Assembly: GCA_951406725.2 (NCBI GenBank) | Contig: OX597834.1 | Span: forward strand, 40,072,001-40,134,000 | Length of the DNA: 62,000 nt | Direction of reading: 5' to 3' | Source of the DNA: Octopus vulgaris | Lineage: Eukaryota | In this document: positions 54,377 through 62,000 of the stretch, one piece after another | Layout: every line of letters starts with the position of its first letter | Numbering within the stretch: position 1 is the stretch's first letter | Notes under the pieces: model-generated | The model's database searches: none | What the model was told of the DNA's origin: nothing | Seen by the model: only the letters and a program-made list of their open reading frames with translations | Program-made: the position numbers and the translations under genes

Positions 54377-54419
54377 ATTTGGTAAACAGAGACTGTGTGG
54401 AAGCCACACACACATACAT

Positions 54420-54421
54420 AT

Positions 54422-54514
<93 letters not shown>

Positions 54515-54545
54515 TAGACCGATAGACAGATAGACCGATAGATGA
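54420..54545. repeat. (AGAT)n(AGAC)n compound tetranucleotide repeat
   Basis: Read directly. Confidence 0.95.
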
Positions 54546-54714
54546 GTGTGTGTGTGTTTTAGTCCAAAATGGAGATGAACACCTATTTCTCTGTGATCAG
54601 GTTGAAAAATTGTTAAGATATTTTAACATGAAACCAATGGTAGCCTTAATACACAAATAAATAATCTTTATCCACAAATGCCATGTTGAGCACCCTTTCT
54701 CAATGTTTAACATT

Positions 54715-54915
54715 ACACGTATAAGTGTATGCTGGACTGAACTCTACACATTTTTTCATTCTCTCTCTGTTTATCTCCACTGTCTATTTCCTGTTGAAGA
54801 GCACAGGCTCAAAACATAAAACACTTATTCATCTTTCCCAAGCATCAAACTAATATATTTTCATATTGTTCATACACCTGTCTTCATCTTTCGTTTTTCT
54901 ATAAATTTCATCTAT
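54715..54915 (+). mobile_element. Second copy of the hammerhead-like-bearing repeat
   Basis: CUGUUGA-A-GAGC(acag)GCUC-AAAAC-AU-A at 54791-54818. Confidence 0.55.
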
Positions 54916-54944
54916 ATAGTATCATTATTATTATTATTATTATT

Positions 54945-55155
54945 GAGTGAGAGAGCAGTTCATGCCATCAAAGTGACACTGGGGTAAAATATAGGAAGCC
55001 CAGTATACCCATCATGACTACCCGTCTGATAAGGGTACACCAGGCACATGCATCACAACCATATGTGCGCGACATGGTGATCTCATATCAAGATAAACAG
55101 CACATGACCTTGCAGGTGGGGCCAAGTTAGAATTTTCTTCAGGTTGAGTAGCCCA
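54945..55155 (-). mobile_element. Family F element, truncated, (AAT)n-type repeats on both sides
   Basis: Identical terminus to the other copies; stops at GCCCAT, then (ATT/ACT)n. Confidence 0.88.
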
Positions 55156-55384
55156 TTATTACTATTATTATTATTATTACTATTATTATTAGTTTCTCAA
55201 CTCCAGTATTTTCTTTTTAATCTTTGTACTTTATCGGTCTCTTTTGCCAAACTGTTAAGTTATGTAAACACATAAACACCTGTTGTCAAGCAGTGGTGGG
55301 GGACAAACACAAAAACACACACACATAAATATACCAGGCACGTGCCATCAGTAATAACTCAGGTCAGGTAGTTGGTGACCTTTA

Positions 55385-55509
55385 TGTAGTAAAACACAAA
55401 AAGTAAGTGAAACACAAGCACGCGACTGAGTTGAAGGCAGATTTACTTCTGCCTTTATAGCACATAAAGAAAACGGTGTTGTAGGAGTGTACGCAGCATG
55501 TGTACTACA
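55385..55509 (-). mobile_element. Candidate short LTR-like element (125 bp)
   Basis: TGTAGTA...TACTACA inverted ends; minus-strand CTATAAAGG; hairpin AAGGCAGA-agtaaa-TCTGCCTT. No TSD found. Confidence 0.35.
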
Positions 55510-56747
55510 GCAGTCCTATGTGTAGCTTAAATACTGAGATTGAAAAGTAGGAGAAAATTATGCCTACCATGAGTGGCTGTGTGGTAAGTAGCTTGCTTAC
55601 AAACCACATGGCTCTGGGTTCAGGCCATTTTAGTGTCTATGGCGGAAACCATTTCAGCAAATCAATTAACTTTTTCTGCTGAGAAAATCATGGATTATAC
55701 TTGCATTCCTGCCAGATCTATTCCAATGGCACCTTGGGCAAGTATCTTCTACTATAGCCTTGGGCCAACCAAAGCGTTGTGAGTGGATTTCGCAGATGGA
55801 AACCTGTAACTTAGCAGTTTGGCAAAAGAAACTGACAGGATAAGTACTAGGCTTACAAAGAATAAGCCCTGGGGTCGATTTCTTTGACTAAAGGTGGTGC
55901 TCCAGCATGGCTGCAGTCAAATGACGGAAACAAATAAAAGAATAAAAGAATCTGCAAAAAAATAAATTATTTTGCATTTTATGCAGAGTAATTAGAGAAA
56001 CCACCATAGATTTATTGAATTAGGTCCATATTTTGCCATAAAAGGAAAATGTTGCTATCGATCTATTTTATTCAGGGTAGACATTACCTACCTTGCCTAC
56101 CCAGGTGGCACGTCCCAGGTATATACACACACATATATATATATACATATATACATACTGAATCCAGAACCATGTGATTGGGAAGCAAACATCTGCACCT
56201 GTGTGTGTGTATATATGTGTGTGTGTGTATATATGTGTGTGTGTGTATATATGTGTGTGTGTGTATATATGTGTGTGTGTGTATATATGTGTGTGTGTGT
56301 ACGTGATTTTGTCTCCTTCACGACACATAGCAGCAGTGATGACAATGAGACAATGATTGATGATGACAATGGTGGTGGTGATGATGATTATGATGATGAC
56401 AGCAGTAATTGTGATGATGATAATGGTAGTGATGATGATGATGACAATGGTGGTGACGATGATGGTGGAGGTGACGATGGTGATGGTGGTGATGATGATG
56501 ATGATTATGATGATGGTGGTGGTGATAGCAGTAATGGTGATGATGATAATGATAATGATGATGATGATGATAACAATGGTAGTGATGATGATGAGGATGA
56601 TGACAATGGTGATGATGTCGACAGTGGTGATGGTGATGACGGCAGCGGTAGTGATGACAATAATGCTGGCTTTAGGCCATGCATTTCACGTGGCATCTTG
56701 GAGAGTACAAATGGTATAAAAATAGACCAGCAGAGAAAGGGAGAGAA

Positions 56748-56784
<37 letters not shown>

Positions 56785-58439
56785 GGTGGGGGAGAGAGAG
56801 AGTAAAAGTTGTAGAGTGTGATGTGCTGGAAACTTTCTTGAATTACTATTGGACCATTAACATTATTATTATTATTATTGCTGTTGTCATCATCATCATC
56901 ATCATCATTGTTGTTGCTGTTGTTGTTGCTGTTGTTGATGGTGTGAAACGTTTGAAGTATTGATCCAACTGTGTCATGTTAATGTTAAACAGAAGCACTA
57001 TTGACATTTTGTTAAATTCATTTGTTTCAACTTTCTCGCAACACATTACCCAACACTCTGCTCTGCTCTCTCTCTCTCTCTCTCGCTCTTCTCATCTCTT
57101 CTCTGGTGGTATTTTGGTGGCTGACTCCAAGAACAACAACAACAACAACAATAATAAAAATAATAATCACGTACATCTTCTCACCAACCTCAAAAAGTGT
57201 AGAAGTTTTTATGCTTAATTTTTGGGAGGTTTTTTTTGTTTGTTTTCGGGAGGTTTTTTTTTTCTTTTTATGTTCAGAAATGGTGAATTTACCATCTTCG
57301 TTTTCCAATGTCAATGTTAGTATAATTAACGCAACACATTTCAGATGATGTTAGATATTTTTTTTTTTCCTAATTTTGGTTCCTTGTTTGATTTTTTTTT
57401 TGATTTTTATTATCTTTTTAAACTTTTGAGAAACGATGAGAAAAAGAAAAGGAAACAAAAACAAAAAACACACAAAAAAAAAATAAGAAGAAGGAAATCA
57501 ATTTTTCCTTTCATGTATGGCCGACAGGGTATGTGCTCAACCTTGACTTTTGCAGCATTACATGGATGACTGATTAATTCACCCAGCCTTGCTACATAGA
57601 AGGGTGAGCGGTGGGGCTGAGGGGTATGGAATTAAACATTTAACCCCTTTAAAGACAAAGCATATAAATGCTTCTCAAAGAAACGAAGGAAACATAACCA
57701 GTTTCAAAAGACGGAAAACAGAATATAGTTATTCATCATCATCATCGTTTAGCATCCGTTTTCCATGCTGGCATGGGTTGGACGGTTTGACCGGGGATCT
57801 GGGAAGCCAGAAGGCTGCACCAGACTCCAGTCTTATCTGGCAATGTTTCTACAGCTGGATGCCCTTCCTAACGCCAACCACTCCGAGAGTGTAGTGGGTG
57901 CTTTTTATGTGCCACTGGCACAGCGGCCATGGGAGGCTGGTAACGGCCACGATCGGTTGGTGGTTTTTATGTGCCACCGGCACAGGGGCCAGAGGTGGTT
58001 CTCACATTCACACACTCATTGCAGCAGTCCTTCAGTTTTTCTAAACCCTGTAAAAGAACTTGATAGGTTCAGCCTTCAGTCAGGCCTTTCGTGACACCCT
58101 TAAAGCCAGGAACTTTCCAGCAATCCCTCGTACACATGTATACAACAAACACAACCACAGATCCGTAAATGCAATTATTAAATCCCATCAATACACTAAT
58201 TGATGAAATATTTCAACAACACACTCACACACACACACACACACACACACAAAAGAAGAGGCTTAAAGACAGAGCGACATCATAAGCTGAGAGCTTAAGA
58301 GAAGATTTCACAGAATGGTACCAATATTTCTGCGTTCTAAGCACAGGAATATAAACACAGTGGTTCCCTATTTCACAGAGTTACAGACACAGGAATATTC
58401 AATGGCTTTGAAAGATGCCATGAAAGTGTAAAATACACA

Positions 58440-58938
58440 CAGACACACACCTACATAAATATACATATATACACACATATACATGCATATATATATATAC
58501 ATACACATATATTCATACACATACATATATATGCATATACATACACATACATATACATATATATGCATATACATACATATATATATATGCATATACATAC
58601 ATATACATATATACATATGTATACATACACATGTATATGCATACACAAACATATATATACATACACATATTCATATATATACATATACATATGCATACAT
58701 ATACATACATATACATATATATGCATATACATACATATACATACATATATATGCATATACATACATATACATATACAGACATATATATGCATATACATAC
58801 ATATATATTTACATACACATATATATATATATGTGTAAATACACATATATAAGCAAGTATACAAACATATAGATACATATATACACATACATACGTACAT
58901 GTATACATACATTTGTAATGTATACACACATACATACC

Positions 58939-58985
<47 letters not shown>
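58440..58985. repeat. Cryptic (CATA/TA)n simple sequence
   Basis: Read directly. Confidence 0.9.
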
Positions 58986-58989
<4 letters not shown>

Positions 58990-59925
58990 TTCTTCGTGTA
59001 AACTTATTTATACATTAAAAGTAGACTCTATAGAAACATCTTTTTTTAATTTTTAATCAAAGAACACATTATAATGCAAATGTTGTATACAGTCTTCAAC
59101 CTCGTTAATGAGTCTGCAGATGAATTCACTTTGTAATGTAACGAAGCAATCAGGCACACACATCTATATAAAAGCATAGAAAGTCAGCCGAGATGACAGA
59201 AACGATAAAGGCCAAAGTTGTTGCCATCAAACACTGGCTTTCCAACAGAATATTTGCTGAATGTCAAATTTACATGATAAAACTCTTTAAAATATAATGT
59301 AAGAGAAAAACGAAAGAGAGACAGACAGACAGAGGAAACAAAAATATATGAATAAGTCTATGCAGCAGAGAAAATTTGACTGAAATTAAAACATTTCTTA
59401 TAGAGTAACTAGTTTCATTCATTTTCCATGTTTAAATATTGCAATTTTAAATGTTATTCTAGTATTTGATTTGGATATTGTGGAGACATCTTTTGTAAGA
59501 GAACACAAACCTGGTCGATTGAAACTATCATATAATGGTCTACTTCTATTTATATTATTAATAGTTTGATCAATGAAAATATGAAGGGAAAGGCATGTCT
59601 ATGCAGCTGTGAACTTTATTTTGCAGCCGCATGGTTTCAGCTTTGGTCTCACTGCATAGTACTTTGGGTCAGTCTCTTCTACAATAACCCTGGAACGACT
59701 AAAGCTTTGTGAGTGAATTTGGCTGATGGAAACTGTATATACACGAGTGCGTTTGTGTGTGCCTTTGGGTTTGTCCCCGCCACTACTTGATAAGCAATGT
59801 TGGTTTGTTTACATCCCTGCAACTTGGCAGATCAGGAAAAGAGGTTAAGAGGACAAATACCAGCAGGCTAAATATAAAAAAAAAATGGCTGGGGTTGATT
59901 TGGTTGACTAAAATTCTCCAAATAT

Positions 59926-60350
59926 AGGCGTAGGAGTGGCTGTGTGGTAAGTAGCTTGCTTGCCAACCACATGGTTCTGGGTTCAGTCCCACTGCGTGGC
60001 ACCTTGGACAAGTGTCTTCTACTATAGCCTCAGGCCGATCAAAGCCTTGTAAGTGGATTTGGTAGACGGAAACTGAAAGAAGCCCGTTGTATATATGTAT
60101 ATATATATATATACATATATATGTGTGTGTGTATATGTTATTGTGTCTGTGTTTCTCCCTCCAACATTGCTTGACAACCGATGCTGGTGTGTTTACGTCC
60201 TCGTAACTTAGCAGTCCTGCAAAAGAGACCGATAGATTAAGTACTAGGCCTACAAAAAATAAGTCCTGGGGTCGATTTGTTTGACGAAAAGACGGTGCTC
60301 CAGCATGGCCACAGTCAAATGACTGGAACAAGTAAAAGAGTAAAAGAGTA
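59926..60350 (+). mobile_element. Full-length, young family A SINE with duplicated tail to ~60410
   Basis: Head AGGCGTAGGAGTGGC, tail GTAAAAGAGTAAAAGAGT, then a second GGTGCTCCAGTATGGCC. Confidence 0.92.
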
Positions 60351-60754
60351 AGGTGGTGCTCCAGTATGGCCATAGTAGACTGAAACAGGCTCAAAGGAAA
60401 GAGTAAAGACAAAACAGGAAAACCACCAAAGTTTCTAAGTGATGCATAAAGCAAGAATGGTAACAACATGGGGGGGGGGAGTTGTTTAAAATAGATTCAA
60501 CAAGGAGAATAGGGCAACCTTCAAATAGGACAACCTTCAAATAAGCATAACTATGTGGTTAAGAAGCTCAGGCTTTCAACCATGTGGCTTTTAGTTCAAT
60601 CCCACGGCACAACACCTTGGCCGACTAAGTGTTTTCTACTACAGACCCAGACTGACCAATGTTTTGTGAGCAAATTTGGTAGGTGGAAACTGTGTAGAAG
60701 CCCACCATATCATGAGTCCAACACCCTAACCACAAAGCCATGCACCTCCACAAA

Positions 60755-60990
60755 GTAAAGTTCCTTCCCGGGACATATGCCCAGTTTCCATGGCATATAA
60801 ATTCCTCACCTGGACAGGACACCGGTCCGTCGCAGGATTACTCCATTTTGCCAGATAAATGGAATGGAGCAATGTGAAATGGAGTGTTTTGCTCAAGAAC
60901 ACAATGCGTCAGCTGGTCCAGGGATCGAAACCACAAGCTTACGATCATGAGTCCAATACCCTGACCACTAAGTCACATGTGCCCCCACAT
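60755..60990 (-). mobile_element. SINE family D
   Basis: rc of the head CCAGGGATCGAAACC..CCCTGACCACTAAG and the CORE-like GTGTTTTGCTCAAGAACAC. Confidence 0.82.
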
Positions 60991-61034
60991 GAGCTGACAC
61001 AGGATTGAGATGTGTGGTTATGTATTGTATTTAT

Positions 61035-61267
61035 AAGGCAGCGAGCTGGCAGAATCGTTAGCACGTCGGGCGAAATGCTTAGCGGTATTTCGGCTGCCGT
61101 TACGTTGTGAGTTCAAATTCCACCGAGGTCGACTTTGCCTTTCATCCTTTCGGGGTCGATAAATTAAGTACCAGTTAAGCACTGGGGTCGATATAATCGA
61201 CTTAATACCTATGTCTGTCCATGTTTGTCCCCTCTATGTTTAGCCCCTTGTGGGTAATAATGAAATA
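61035..61267 (+). mobile_element. Family B SINE with 15-bp TSD-like flank
   Basis: GGTTATGTATTGTAT at 61016-61030 and 61268-61282. Confidence 0.9.
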
Positions 61268-62000
61268 GGTTATGTATTGTATGAACCACTGTAACCTCAA
61301 CTCTGTCACTTCAAGACTTATCTTCTTCCGAGCCCCTACGTAGTCGTCTTACAAGGTGTATGGAGGGTAATATATGCGGATGTACTGAAAATGGACACCA
61401 GTTAAGCTTATACAAATAAGTTGGGTTCTGGTGCAAGTTGGACCAGGATGTGTGGAGGCGTCTTATCTGGAGAGTCTGAGTCACCACATTGGCCTTGACT
61501 TGAATAAACTTCAATGAGAATGTATTGGGTTACAATCAGTGTCAGCAGCAGGAATTATTAAAGGATGTTGGTGATAATGGCAGTGCCCCAGCATGGCCAC
61601 AGGCCTTTGCTGAAACTGGTAATAGGATAATGATGTGGAAGATATGCGGTTACTGTTGTTTGTTTATCCCTAGGTCAGCTCTCATTGGTCAACAGATCTA
61701 TCGTCAAAGACATTCCAGCTATGACTACCTCTGTTCATTATCATCATCATTTAACATTCTCTTTCCATGCTAGCATGGGTGGGACAAGCTTGACAAGAGC
61801 TGGAAAGGCCAGGGACCATGCCAAGTCCTATGGTCTGTTTTGGCATGGTGTCAACAGCTGGATGCCCTTCCTAATGCCAACCACTTTATAGAGTATACTA
61901 GGGTTTTTTTTTTATGTGACACCATCAGCAGAGCTTTAAATGTGATGCCACCATCATTGCTTTTTACATGGCACCATCACCAGTGATCTTAAAGTGGCAC

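Noticed and set aside
59165-59300. TATATAAAAG followed by a 34-codon ORF
   Set aside because: TATA words are expected by chance in TA-rich DNA; no supporting evidence.
61311-61514. Possible old LINE C-terminal fragment (..DQDVWRRLIWRV*)
   Set aside because: Similarity is too weak to call by eye.

Overview
AT-rich, repeat-saturated metazoan DNA whose interspersed repeats look like those of an Octopus-type cephalopod genome (inferred from recognising the repeats, not from a database hit). No host gene can be called confidently; one weak 76-nt exon candidate lies at 49614-49689. The only long real ORF is a 5'-truncated but otherwise uninterrupted CR1-clade LINE ORF2 (1261-3912, minus; partial APE endonuclease plus RT). 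It sits inside an inverted Penelope-type terminal-repeat fragment carrying a minimal hammerhead ribozyme (1039-1084, minus). The window also contains: decayed R4/Dong (7508-7767) and RTE (43082-43495) LINE fragments; four tRNA-headed SINE families, several nested with 11-15 bp TSDs; a ~560-bp element always anchored in (AAT)n; mariner-, hAT- and piggyBac-type MITEs and a Helentron-like insert; four more decayed hammerhead-like motifs; and many micro/minisatellites, some with higher-order structure. Almost all other ORFs in the track are simple-repeat artefacts.
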